Source: Nitrospirota bacterium (GTDB lineage: Bacteria > Nitrospirota > UBA9217). From it: a DNA stretch of 64,000 nucleotides. A model generated the notes under the pieces. It did no database searches, was not told the DNA's origin, and worked only from the letters and a program-made list of their open reading frames with translations. The translations under genes were made by a program, and so were the position numbers. This document shows, piece after piece, positions 32,580-43,177 of the stretch (positions are counted from its first letter, which is position 1; every line of letters starts with the position of its first letter). Location: NCBI GenBank assembly GCA_963845065.1, contig CAWJQQ010000009.1, positions 800,001-864,000 of the forward strand, given 5' to 3'.

Positions 32580-32798
32580 TCATTTCCTTGCAATCAAGAG
32601 TCGCACTAGTCTACCTAAAATAGTTATCCCTAATATAATGCCTAAAAATATTGCAAGTAAGATAGCAAGAACAAGCGTCAACTTAAAGATTAGAAACAAG
32701 AGTGGAATTAAAATTATGCATAGTATTATCGTCAGGCAGCCTGTAGTAAAATCTTTTGCTTCTAACGTAGAGTAGTTCTTTCGGCGTTTCTTCTTCAA
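32580..32798 (-). CDS. Small hypothetical membrane protein
   Basis: Basic N-terminus followed by a long hydrophobic segment; start uncertain. Confidence 0.4.
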   Translation of the reverse strand: MKKKRRKNYSTLEAKDFTTGCLTIILCIILIPLLFLIFKLTLVLAILLAIFLGIILGITILGRLVRLLIARK

Positions 32799-33377
32799 GT
32801 GTAGTATAACAGAAATCGGCCGTTGAAGAAAGGGGTTGCTAACAGCTCATAATTCCAGTATTGTTTAATGACTAACCCGATCTTTTATACTTCTACTGCC
32901 TGTACGGTCCATCCCCTGGTCGACGCCAACATGTGACAAGGAGAAATATTTTGCTTTCCACGCTGTAACGTCAAAGAGCATGCTGATGAGTACGCCGTGG
33001 ATACTATCGGTAATTACCTTTTGTTGCGCCCCAACTCGGTGCAGCAAGTGACACTGCGTCTTCCAAAGGGTCATCTAGCAGCGCAGGTATCCGCACGAAA
33101 CTGCCTTATCGAAAGCCCCAACCAATAGATTTTTTTTTGGTTGCGGGAGCATTCACACGAGCAAAGCAAAAACATCAGATGACGTTATAGAGCAAGCATC
33201 GGAAAAGATTCTTGTCGTGGCCGAAAAGATAGTAGTCGATTCGGTTGTAGGTGGGTTAGGAGAAATTTGATCAATGCATTTTACAGAAGCCTTGGACAGG
33301 CGAATATCTTGCAAATTTAAGATCGAATGGTACCTAGTGAGGCTTGTATGACTTTAAAATTAAATAGCAGTTTACTA

Positions 33378-34064
33378 ATGGGTTCTGCAGTCCACAAACA
33401 TCTAATTACGCTCCTCTGCTTGCTAATTATTGCCCACGTGGCCATAGCGCAGGATTCAGTTTCTACCAACACGCAGGGAGTGGCCGTGCCGGGGAATCCA
33501 GGCAGGTCGCTCGAACTGGGCACTAGTCAACTAGGGATTTGGGCGGGATATTCTTCGGGCAATCCCACGCTGGTTGGACGAACTATCAACCGCCCTTTCT
33601 CTGAATATGTCGTACAATATGCACGCGTACTAAAAACGGAAGATAACTGGGCGCTGAAATACACCGCTGAAATCGTTCCTGTGGCATTCATCAAAAAGCC
33701 TCAGCAAGGTTCAGTGAACGGCCATCCGGTAGATTTGTCCGGTAGCAGACAGACTATCTATGGCGCCGGCTTTTCTCCAGTCGGGTTACAGCTGAACCTT
33801 CGACGAGGATGCATGTTGCAACCTTACGTCAATGGGACAGCCGGAGTCCTATATTTCGAAGATCAAGTGCCTGTGGCAGATTCTTCGAAATTCAACTTTG
33901 AATTAGGGTTAGGTGCTGGGATCGAGATCTGGTATCAAGAGGATCAGTCTATTTGCCTCGGTTACAAGTATCATCACATTTCAAATGGGTACACCGCCCG
34001 ACAGAACCCAGGTGTGGATTCGAATCTGTTTTACGTGGGATATGCATGGAGTTGGAGGCAGTAA
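33378..34064 (+). CDS. Acyloxyacyl hydrolase / PagL-like lipid A 3-O-deacylase beta-barrel
   Basis: Signal peptide; SKFNF and YHHISNG..NPGVDS motifs; aromatic C-terminus. Start uncertain. Confidence 0.8.
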   Translation: MGSAVHKHLITLLCLLIIAHVAIAQDSVSTNTQGVAVPGNPGRSLELGTSQLGIWAGYSSGNPTLVGRTINRPFSEYVVQYARVLKTEDNWALKYTAEIVPVAFIKKPQQGSVNGHPVDLSGSRQTIYGAGFSPVGLQLNLRRGCMLQPYVNGTAGVLYFEDQVPVADSSKFNFELGLGAGIEIWYQEDQSICLGYKYHHISNGYTARQNPGVDSNLFYVGYAWSWRQ

Positions 34065-34600
34065 GTCATCGCGCCACATTTTAGGTGAACTTTTGGCTAT
34101 TATTAGGAACTATATTTGCGTTGGCATTCAAATGGCGTCGTAGTTATTACGAGCTTACTCTTCTTTCAAGAGGTAGTCTGTAACTGTTTCGATTCGACGG
34201 GGATATACTCATAGCTATTTGGCATGCTGTTTGTGTTTGATTGTCACCTTGCTCCTCACAGAGGTATTTATTCGGATTGAGGAGGAGAATATTGAATATC
34301 TATTGTACTTTGTTGGGCCATGTCCCTGCTGAAGTTGTATAATGATCACTCCTTGAAATTCGAAAAATTATTTTTAATTCGTTGGCGTTTGCCCTGTAAA
34401 TTCCAATTTGACTACGTTGACATAGAATGAAATCAGGTATATATTCCACACAATATTGTGAATTGTGTGAAATGTTCTGTGCCAAACTAAATAAATTCAT
34501 ATTGATTCTTGGCTTTCAAACTTGGTTAAAATGCCCAAACCGGAGTGGAACGCCAATTCGCTGATAATGTTCAGCAGTCACGAAGAATAGGAGACGAGCA

Positions 34601-35044
34601 ATGTCAGCATTTGAATGTTTCAACAGAAAAAGTCTTGAAACCTTGTTGCCGCATAGAGGAGCCGCACTCAGGAAAATCGACGGGGTGTTTTACAATTCCG
34701 GCGTTCCTAACTTGCTGATCGGGCTCAAAGAGATCTGGATGGATGATCCAGATTTGGAAGGTCATTTCCCACAAGCGCCTACTTACCCAGGATACGCGCA
34801 AGATGAATTTGTGTGCCTTGTAGCTGCTGCACTCATACCGATCGCGATTCAAGGATTGAAGACGGATCCTCATGTTGTTCAGAAGATCGTTAGATATAAA
34901 AAGAACGTCGTCCCCGGTGACCAGCTTATTGCCGAAGTCAGACTAAACGGAAAGCGTGGCAAGTTCTTCATGTTCGCTGCCGATATTAGAAATCAGAACC
35001 AAGAGGTTGTTGCTGAATATGAGAAAATTATCGGTACAGTTTAA
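34601..35044 (+). CDS. FabA/FabZ-like hotdog-fold dehydratase (divergent)
   Basis: LLPHR, GHFP..PTYPG..E and VVPGDQL motifs. Confidence 0.75.
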   Translation: MSAFECFNRKSLETLLPHRGAALRKIDGVFYNSGVPNLLIGLKEIWMDDPDLEGHFPQAPTYPGYAQDEFVCLVAAALIPIAIQGLKTDPHVVQKIVRYKKNVVPGDQLIAEVRLNGKRGKFFMFAADIRNQNQEVVAEYEKIIGTV

Positions 35045-35279
35045 ACGTAAAGCAAAATTGCTATTTGGGAGCATGGATTATAATTTCCCCATCCAATCCG
35101 GCAAATTTGCCAGTGATTTCGGAGAATCCTTCCATGGAGGATCGCTTATTCAGGTGCCAATAATCCGTTGACATACAGTGCGAAGAAGCTTAAGATATAT
35201 ACAATATTTCTTTAATTAAACTTAACCATTCTTGAAAAATATTTTGACGATCAAGAAAGGACACAAGGGGGTAGTTACT

Positions 35280-35480
35280 ATGTTTGAAGGACTTTTTAAG
35301 CCGATGCATTTGCTCCTGATACTTTTTATTGTTCTCATCATATTTGGCCCTGGGAAACTGCCGGAAATTGGAGAAGGCCTTGGGAAAAGTATAAAGTCAT
35401 TTAAGAAAGCCCTATCCCAGAAAGACGATCCAAAAGACACTTCCGATTCTATAGAACAAAAAGATGAGAATAAGAAATAA
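35280..35480 (+). CDS. tatA: Twin-arginine translocase TatA/E
   Basis: [26 protein letters not shown]. Confidence 0.93.
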   Translation: MFEGLFKPMHLLLILFIVLIIFGPGKLPEIGEGLGKSIKSFKKALSQKDDPKDTSDSIEQKDENKK

Positions 35481-35963
35481 TTAAAATAATTTTTCACAAA
35501 GCCCTCATATCGCATCCCGTATGACCACTGTGAAGCATTTCATCCCAATGTGCCCCTACTATTACATCCTGGACATTATACGTCCTAATACCTTTGCTTC
35601 AATGCAATATAAAATGAAATTTAAATTTTAAGCAGAGTGAATCATCACTTACTCGATCTACTTATCTGCTTTGTTGAGACTAATCGTTCATGGGGATATT
35701 GACTACTTTGTGTATCAATGATCTTTGTCGGAGAGCTTTTTGACAGCTGTCGGCATAATGGCACGGCTACACTTGTTCGACTTTTTGGACTCTTTTCCTT
35801 TGCACCATCAGGAGTGCTGCTTGGTGATGTTGTTTAGTATTGTATCGGGAGAAAGCTTGAATCTAAATTTTTCTATCACTGTATTACGACATTCATGATG
35901 CAGCGCGTCAGGAAGCATCTGCCGAATACTGAAAGCGATCCTTTTCGTGTGTTTTTTTCGTCT

Positions 35964-36348
35964 AGAAGCCCCTCTCGCAGCGGCAACACGTTTGCGCATG
36001 TGGTGTGGATGCGCAGCGCGATCTGTATTCCGCATTTCTCGCAAAGTACGTTTCGAACGATGTCCTCAACACGCGCCAGGCTCTAGTAACCTGGCCGGGT
36101 GCAAACCTGCTCCTGGAACGGGCGGTGCTGAGGGTGCAGCAAGAAGCGGCGATGGGTCGGATTCATCCGGCCAGCTTCGGTCTCGCGCGAGCAACGAAGG
36201 TAAGTACAAGCGCAGACCGGAGACAGAGCAGCTCGCCGGTCAAAGATGGATCAACGGCAGTCGAGGCTGGCAATGTTTGCGTTGTTGCCAGAGAGACTGT
36301 CGGTATTGCCGTCAGAACCCCCTAGTTTTAACTATGGGGAGTGGTCAG
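35964..36348 (+). mobile_element. tnpB: IS605-family relic: 3' tnpB fragment, omegaRNA region and right end
   Basis: [34 protein letters not shown] closely matches the 3' end of 18370..19905; right-end hairpin ends in TCAG. Confidence 0.88.
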
Positions 36349-37238
36349 AGTTATGCGTTGCCAAGTTTTCTTCCACTTCCTTATCGTTGGCGGAACTACG
36401 CAGAAGTATAATCTTTTGAAATATAAGGATATTATAGCGAAGATCTCGCAGTTGATTACTACTTTGAAATCAGGCATAATAACTCCAGTAGTGATTTCAA
36501 ATCATTTCGGTGAGATAGGACGTGAATATTCAGGACATTGTCAGATTTACAGAATAATTGGTTATGTTTGAAAAGCTTAACAAAATGGATATGTCAGGAC
36601 CATCCAAATAGTCGAGGGGATTAGTGGTCACACTGCGACGTAAGGCGTTTGCATCATATGAATTGCTTTTAGCGTAAAGAATGTGTGAAAGCAGTTTCTT
36701 ATCCTTCTATGCCGTATAACCTTGTCTCTTCAGGAGGAAATCAAAGAAGCTTAGATTATCCGTCTATTTATTGTAATTTAAACCTGCTCGATTTATTATA
36801 CTGATGCTTACTATGAGCGGTTAATCAACAATTTGAATACTTAATGAATTTTCACGGGTTTAAAACCCACAGTTTCAGTTTAAGTAGAGACGATTAAGCC
36901 CCCCGCTATGCTCCGGATAGTTTGCCGCCCTTAAAAAAGAGGCTTTCTGACAAGGGTGATAAAGGAATTTTCTTTATAACGAACAAGAGTAAAAGTCGCG
37001 AGATACGATCGATGAAACTAAAAATATCCGATATTAATCTCACCATGACAAACGTCAGGCAGTCGGGATAACCTCATAAGATTGCCGAAGTCCATCGATA
37101 AGAGCAAAAAGTAAAATTTGACAAATTCAAGGACTTAAAGGTATCTTGAACCAAGAAAATAGCAGGTTTTGGGTAATCATAAGTTCTCCAGGCGTAAGCC
37201 AACTCGCACAGCTTAATAAACCAAGGAGGAATAGAGTA

Positions 37239-39398
37239 ATGAATGGTATAAGGCAGTGGACGAGAAAATTTGTGGTACTCGCCATATCCGCATTAATACT
37301 GGCGAGCTGCAGCCGAGGTGGTAGTGACAACTCAAGCAGTAGCAGCTCATCGAGCAGCTCATCCAGCAGCTCGTCTTCAGGGAATAATCCTAACCTTATG
37401 GGCGGGGCCGTGCAGGGCAGTGTGCTCAGCCTTGCAGAAAATGTTTCCACCTTTGCTGGCGTGGCCCCTGGTTCCATCAACGGAATTGGTGTTGCCGCGA
37501 GATTTAATAATCCCTATGGCATCACTACGGATGGCACGAACCTATACGTGGCGGATACTGCGAATAATACCATCCGTCAGATTGTGATCGCAACAGGGCT
37601 AGCGACCACACTTGCAGGCGCAGTGGGAGTACCGGGTTTCACAGATGGTACGGGCAATACGGCGAACTTTAGTGGACCCACTGGAATCACCACCGATGGT
37701 CCAAACCTCTACGTGGCTGATACGAATAACAATACTATCCGGAAGATCGTGATCGCAACAGGGCAAGTGATAACGCTTGCAGGTACAGCGGGCGTTTCAG
37801 GCTCCACAGATGGCATTGGCTCTGCCGCGAGTTTTGCCACGCCTCATGGTATTACTACGGACGGCACAAACCTCTACGTGGTGGATAGCGGGAACTATAC
37901 CATCCGGATGATCGTGATAGCGACAGGGCAAGTGACAACATTTGCAGGAACGGCAGGGGCACTGGGATCCACGGACAGCCAGGGCACGTCGGCGCGATTT
38001 AATTATCCTACGGGCATCACCATGAGCAATACAAGTCTCTACGTGGCGGATACTGCGAATAATACCATCCGTCAGATTGTGATCGCAAGCGGGCAAGTGA
38101 CCACTTTTGCGGGCACGGCGGGAGTTTTAGGCTCCACAGACGGTATAGGCGTAGCTGCGAGATTTACAGTGCCGAGTGGCATCACAACTGATAACACAAA
38201 CCTCTACGTAACGGATACGAATAACAATACTATCCGTCAGATTGTGATTGCAACCGGGCAAGTGACCACTCTTGCAGGCACAGCAGGAATATCGGGCTTC
38301 ATAGACAGCACAGGCGCTGCTGCGAGATTTAATTCACCTCATGGCATCATTACGTATGGCTCAAACCTCTACGTGGTGGATACGAGTAACAATTCAATCA
38401 GGGAGGTCGTGATCTTAACTGGGCAAGTGACCACGTTTGCAGGAACAGCGAGTATGGGCTCCGCAGACGGCACGGGTGCTGCGGCGAGTTTTAATTCGCC
38501 CCATTGCATCACTACTGACGGCACAAACCTCTATGTGGTGGATAGTAGGAACAATACCATTCGGAAAATTGTGATCGGAACAGGGCAAGTGAACACGCTT
38601 GCAGGCACAGCAGGAGCACCGGGCTCCTCAGACGGAATCGGAGCTGCGGCGAGCTTTAATGATCCATTTGGCATCACTACCGACGGCACAAGCCTCTATG
38701 TAGCAGATACGAATAACAGTACTATTCGGCAGATCGTGATTGCAACCGGTAAAGTGACCACACTTGCAGGCATAGCAGGAGCTTTTGGTTCCACAGACGG
38801 TATAGGCTCATCGGCAAGTTTTGCGGTGCCCAGTGGCATCACCACCGACGGCACAAGCCTCTATGTAGCAGATACGAATAACAGTACTATTCGGAAGATC
38901 GTGATCGCAACCGAGCTAGTGACCACCCTTGCGGGCACAGCAGGAGTACCGGGCTTCATAGATGGCACAGGCGCTGCAGCGAGACTTGCTAATCCCACAG
39001 GTATCACTACGGACGGAGCTAATCTCTACGTGGCGGATAGTGGGAACAATGCCATTCGGAAAATCGTAATCGCAACAGGTCAAGTGACCACGCTTGCAGG
39101 AACAGCGAGTATGGGATCCAGAGACGGCATAGGCACTGCTGCGGGTTTTGCAGAACCATTTGGTATTACTACGGACGGAACAAATCTCTACGTGGCAGAT
39201 AGTGAGAACTATACCATCCGGAAAATCGTAATCGCAACAAGTCAGGTGACCACGCTTGCTGGAACAGCTGGAGTCTCAGGCTCTACAGATGGCACAGGCG
39301 CTGCTGCAAAATTTAATTACCCCGCTGGCATAACGACGGACGGCATAAACCTCTATGCGGCAGATGCATTTAATAATACGATAAGACGGATACAATAA
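37239..39398 (+). CDS. Lipoprotein with poly-Ser linker and about 12 NHL-type repeats; paralog of 11438..13816
   Basis: Lipobox LASC; shared GGAVQGS..LAENxSTFAGVAPGSI entry motif and the same repeats. Confidence 0.87.
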   Translation: MNGIRQWTRKFVVLAISALILASCSRGGSDNSSSSSSSSSSSSSSSSGNNPNLMGGAVQGSVLSLAENVSTFAGVAPGSINGIGVAARFNNPYGITTDGTNLYVADTANNTIRQIVIATGLATTLAGAVGVPGFTDGTGNTANFSGPTGITTDGPNLYVADTNNNTIRKIVIATGQVITLAGTAGVSGSTDGIGSAASFATPHGITTDGTNLYVVDSGNYTIRMIVIATGQVTTFAGTAGALGSTDSQGTSARFNYPTGITMSNTSLYVADTANNTIRQIVIASGQVTTFAGTAGVLGSTDGIGVAARFTVPSGITTDNTNLYVTDTNNNTIRQIVIATGQVTTLAGTAGISGFIDSTGAAARFNSPHGIITYGSNLYVVDTSNNSIREVVILTGQVTTFAGTASMGSADGTGAAASFNSPHCITTDGTNLYVVDSRNNTIRKIVIGTGQVNTLAGTAGAPGSSDGIGAAASFNDPFGITTDGTSLYVADTNNSTIRQIVIATGKVTTLAGIAGAFGSTDGIGSSASFAVPSGITTDGTSLYVADTNNSTIRKIVIATELVTTLAGTAGVPGFIDGTGAAARLANPTGITTDGANLYVADSGNNAIRKIVIATGQVTTLAGTASMGSRDGIGTAAGFAEPFGITTDGTNLYVADSENYTIRKIVIATSQVTTLAGTAGVSGSTDGTGAAAKFNYPAGITTDGINLYAADAFNNTIRRIQ

Positions 39399-39480
39399 TT
39401 GATGATATAAGCAGAAGTACCATCGCAACTTAACTGGATAAAAAAAGTTCTTGATAGAATACAGTCTTGTGTTATATGGT

Positions 39481-39513
39481 AGACGAGCAGCCGGTTGCTG
39501 CCCGTCTTTTTTT
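39481..39513 (+). terminator. Intrinsic terminator
   Basis: AGACGAGCAGC-CG-GTTGCTGCCCGTCT hairpin followed by a T-run. Confidence 0.65.
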
Positions 39514-40098
39514 ATCACTCTTGCCAAAAACACCCCATCCAAACGGTGTATTGATTGTGGGATAAATTGGTTGGCTTTAAATTCCCCCATTATTTGACAA
39601 AGTGAACAAAAGTGTAATATATTATATGGCATTAATTTCCAACATTCATGTCATAACAACAACTTCAGCCTAAAAACCTGACTGTCTATAATAGAGCAAT
39701 ACCAGGCTACCTAATGGCATGTCTTACGGCAAGGGACTAAAAAACATATAGCGTCGCTTGATTCCTACCGGGAAAACAATACTGAATCAACACATGTTGC
39801 CCTCCGGTAAACTCCATGATGTGTTTGTCATCCGGAAGAAGTTTCTCGCTGGGCCAATGTTTTTGTCGATGACGTATTCCTGGCGGAGCCGCTAATAAGC
39901 ACGAGAACGAGTAAAGAGATATTCTTCATCCTACCTCACAAACCTGACAGAATGTAGACTGCTTAATACGGGCTAAACATCTGAAGTCTACGTTGGATTT
40001 TCACCCCCTTGAATCAGATAGTCGAGTCCTTGCTAACCGGGAGCAAAAGATCTAGCCAAACTTTCTTACAGAGTAGAAATGCTTAACAAACTTAGCAT

Positions 40099-40169
40099 GA
40101 ACCGCTGTATGCCGAACGACATCTCTTGTGGTATGAGAGGGAGGGGCGTGAGTCTCACGCCAACTTGAT
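40099..40169 (+). mobile_element. Degenerate group II intron 3' end (domains V-VI, IIC-like)
   Basis: GAACCGCTGTATGCCGAACGACAT..GTGGTATGAGAGG..hairpin..ACTTGAT resembles the consensus aaccgccgtatgccgaacggca..ggtggtgtgagagg..ctactcgat. Confidence 0.6.
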
Positions 40170-40186
40170 TCGGGTACCAGCAGAAG

Positions 40187-40525
40187 TTATCTGCCGTATA
40201 TGTGCACAACGTCCATCTGCCACAGACCGAAGACCGCGCTCCAACTTTCAATATCGGCAAAATAGACTGTCTTGAGGCCGTGCTCCTTGGCAACTTGGCC
40301 GATGCCGTTTTTGCCTATGCGAACCGAGAAAACCTGATACTGAATCTGGTTAACGTATCCGCGCGCCTGTTTCATGCTGTTTCTGACTTCGGTGGGATTC
40401 GGATTTATAGTAAGCGGTTGCACGATATGCGAGTAGAGTCCGCTATTGAACAATACTCCGTTTGCACATCCAGCAAGGATCAGAGACAGCGATAGGAGGA
40501 CAATTTTTCGACTGATAGTTTTCAT
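40187..40525 (-). CDS. TRL-like family lipoprotein
   Basis: Lipobox LAGC; GLYSHIVQPL..GIGQVAKEHGL..D..SAVFGLW....VYG pattern. Confidence 0.65.
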   Translation of the reverse strand: MKTISRKIVLLSLSLILAGCANGVLFNSGLYSHIVQPLTINPNPTEVRNSMKQARGYVNQIQYQVFSVRIGKNGIGQVAKEHGLKTVYFADIESWSAVFGLWQMDVVHIYGR

Positions 40526-40537
40526 TCGGCACCTTCA

Positions 40538-40834
40538 TCAGTCGCCGTAGACGATTGTTGTAGTATGTGTATAGATACCGAACAAAATACTGAATACTGC
40601 CCTGTCCATGTGCGTCATGACCGTGATCCCACCGTTCTTCGCGGCAGAGGCGGCGCCGCCGTTACCCCAGGCAAATAACCATATGGCCGAGTAAGTCGAG
40701 GACTCACCTTGTTTATGACCCAATTCCGTATTGTTGAGCTCGGTGCTTAAAGGGATAGTAATGTGAGTATAAAGACACCCTGCCAAGGTGAAAGCTGCGA
40801 GAATGAAGATAATCAGCAAAGCTATGGTTTTCAT
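40538..40834 (-). CDS. TRL-like family lipoprotein
   Basis: Lipobox LAGC; KQGES..SAIWLFAWG.GG..AAKNGGIT..D..SILFG...TIVYGD. Confidence 0.75.
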   Translation of the reverse strand: MKTIALLIIFILAAFTLAGCLYTHITIPLSTELNNTELGHKQGESSTYSAIWLFAWGNGGAASAAKNGGITVMTHMDRAVFSILFGIYTHTTTIVYGD

Positions 40835-41311
40835 CTTAACCTCCATGCACCCTGGTGTGCAGGGCCTTTTTCTAAAGTATAGCACGATAAGGATGCCGCA
40901 TATGATACAAGCATCAAACTCTAGAAGATGGCGCTCTAAAGCGCGATTCCCTGAAAAGTCAATACTGATCGGCGGACTCCTGTGGTCAGTGTAGATGCGT
41001 GATATTCCGAGTAATTAGGATCATCCAGCGTTTATATGGGTTGGCTGTTGCACCCGTTTCGGATGTTGGTGACGTTGCTTTTGTTGCTGTAATCAGGATA
41101 TATATTATGTACCTGAAGAACATCCTTAAAATATCCCATCGCTGTCGATGATTAATAGACCGATGCGAGCGGAAGGCATACCGAGGAATGGATTTATGAG
41201 TATTTTGTGTTTGGTCTTGAAATGCATGCATTAAACACCTTTAACTTTTCCTTCAATCCAGCGCTTGAAGCGGTGCATTTTCTCGTCGCTGATGCATATT
41301 TTACATGGGTA

Positions 41312-42190
41312 TTACAACCTCCTCATTCCCTCCGGTTTCAGAAATAATGTATTTCCATCCCGCACGAACGTCCTGATTATTTCAACAGCCTTGTCGCGCT
41401 CCAAGGGCATGCGAACCCGGACGGGAAGATAGTTTGAAGCATGATTCGCGAAGAAAAGACCGCGAGTCATCTCGGTGTGCGCAAGCATCTCAGCGAGTTC
41501 TGCGAGGATATCAAAGGCGGAGGGAAGCGTGAACTTGCCCTGCTGCTGCAGATCATACAGCGGTGTTCCTTTCACGACCATTGTCGTGAGGGCGCCCACA
41601 AAATCGGGGTCAAGGGAGGAAAGTAGCTTTCCGGTCAACCGGGCATGTTCCATGCTTCTGTCGGCCCCACTGATACCGAGCAGGACCGTGACAGAGAGCT
41701 TGATGCCTGCAATGCTCACGCGTCGGCCAGCCTCGGTTATTTCTGCAGCCGTCACACCCTTATTCATCCATTCGAGCAGTTTGTTGTCCCCGCTCTCAAC
41801 GCCTAGGTAGAGAATACCGAGCCCAGCCTCCCGGAGCTGCTTCAGTTCCTCTACAGATTTTCCCAAAATGTTTTTTGCATTTGCGTACATGCCGATCCGC
41901 TGGAGCCTGGGCAACGAGGAACGCAGGAGCAAGAAGAGAGAGAGCAAGTCAGAAAAGGGGGCAGTGAGTGCGTCACCGTCCGCAATGAATATCCGCCGCG
42001 TATCAGCATAGGCCGGCAGGCAGCCGCGGATGTCCTGCTCCATCTCTGCGAGGCTGCGGATGTGAAAACGTTTCTGTTTGTACGCTGGACAGAATATGCA
42101 CTGGTTATGGGAACACCCGATGGTGTACTGGAGGATCAGACTGCTGGCCTCGCTAGGAGGTCTTATGACAACGCCTTCATATTCGGGCAT
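41312..42190 (-). CDS. Radical SAM protein of unknown function
   Basis: YEG..IRPPSEA.SLILQ.TIGCSHNQCIFC (CxxxCxxC); FFANHASNY. Confidence 0.9.
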   Translation of the reverse strand: MPEYEGVVIRPPSEASSLILQYTIGCSHNQCIFCPAYKQKRFHIRSLAEMEQDIRGCLPAYADTRRIFIADGDALTAPFSDLLSLFLLLRSSLPRLQRIGMYANAKNILGKSVEELKQLREAGLGILYLGVESGDNKLLEWMNKGVTAAEITEAGRRVSIAGIKLSVTVLLGISGADRSMEHARLTGKLLSSLDPDFVGALTTMVVKGTPLYDLQQQGKFTLPSAFDILAELAEMLAHTEMTRGLFFANHASNYLPVRVRMPLERDKAVEIIRTFVRDGNTLFLKPEGMRRL

Positions 42191-43177
42191 GTAATCTCTC
42201 TCTAAACCGAATCAAGCTTACCGCAAAGCCGTTGGGGATGCAATGGAAATCGTGAGTGAACATTTTGAATGCGGATTAGAAGAACAGGTCATGGTATCAA
42301 GAGTACAATTTGAGATTCTAACGTACCTGTCGTCAAAATATTCAATCTGTCTGTTTACACGGGGTCGGTCGCGATTAGGCTTGAAAATTGTCATTTCGAC
42401 AACTTCCCTGATACCTACTTCATTTCGCAGAAGATTATTCTAATTTCGCGGGCCTCGGTAACCTTGCCCTATGTTACCGCGTATCCTTCTGACGAAGGAA
42501 ATCCTGAATGTTTGCGAGTCCCCTTCGCGATCATCGATCCTGCTTGTAATGTTATTACCGTCCTGTTATTGTCCTGCTAAAGAAAGACGCGTTTGTGCAT
42601 GACCTAACTCCTTGATTTAATTAGATGGGGAGAGGGGGACAGTAAATCTCCTTGGGGTGGCAGATCACAAGGATTTTATCTTTCCGATCGTATGATCCGG
42701 AGGGGGGTGAGTTTGCATATTTCTCAATGAGAAGTGGGTCGCTAACCGATCTCGATCTTTTCCATTATGACGGCACGACTAGCATCGGAGTTTCCATAGA
42801 AACATATGTTGTGGAATTGCTTCGTCGACAGACAGAGCAACAATCAACAGCACGCCAAGGGTACTTCAATTTATTAAAATTTTGCGCTAGAAGCCCAACA
42901 TGCTTTAGCGGTGAGAGTACGTCAAAATCATCCCCCTCCTAACTCTCCCTGAACGGGGGAGAGAAGCAAGATTACGCACGCAACTATGGGCTACCCACTT
43001 GGCTTTCCGCTTCATTTAGATAAAAAATGGGCTTCCAAGGGGGAAGCCCATGTAATCTCGATAAAAAAACAATTGGGGTTAAAGGTCGTCAAAATTGTTT
43101 CATTCTGTCCTCCAGCCACGCATCGCATGTTGGAAACGGGGAATTGTGTAGCGCTGTCGGCAACAAGTTCACCCTCG

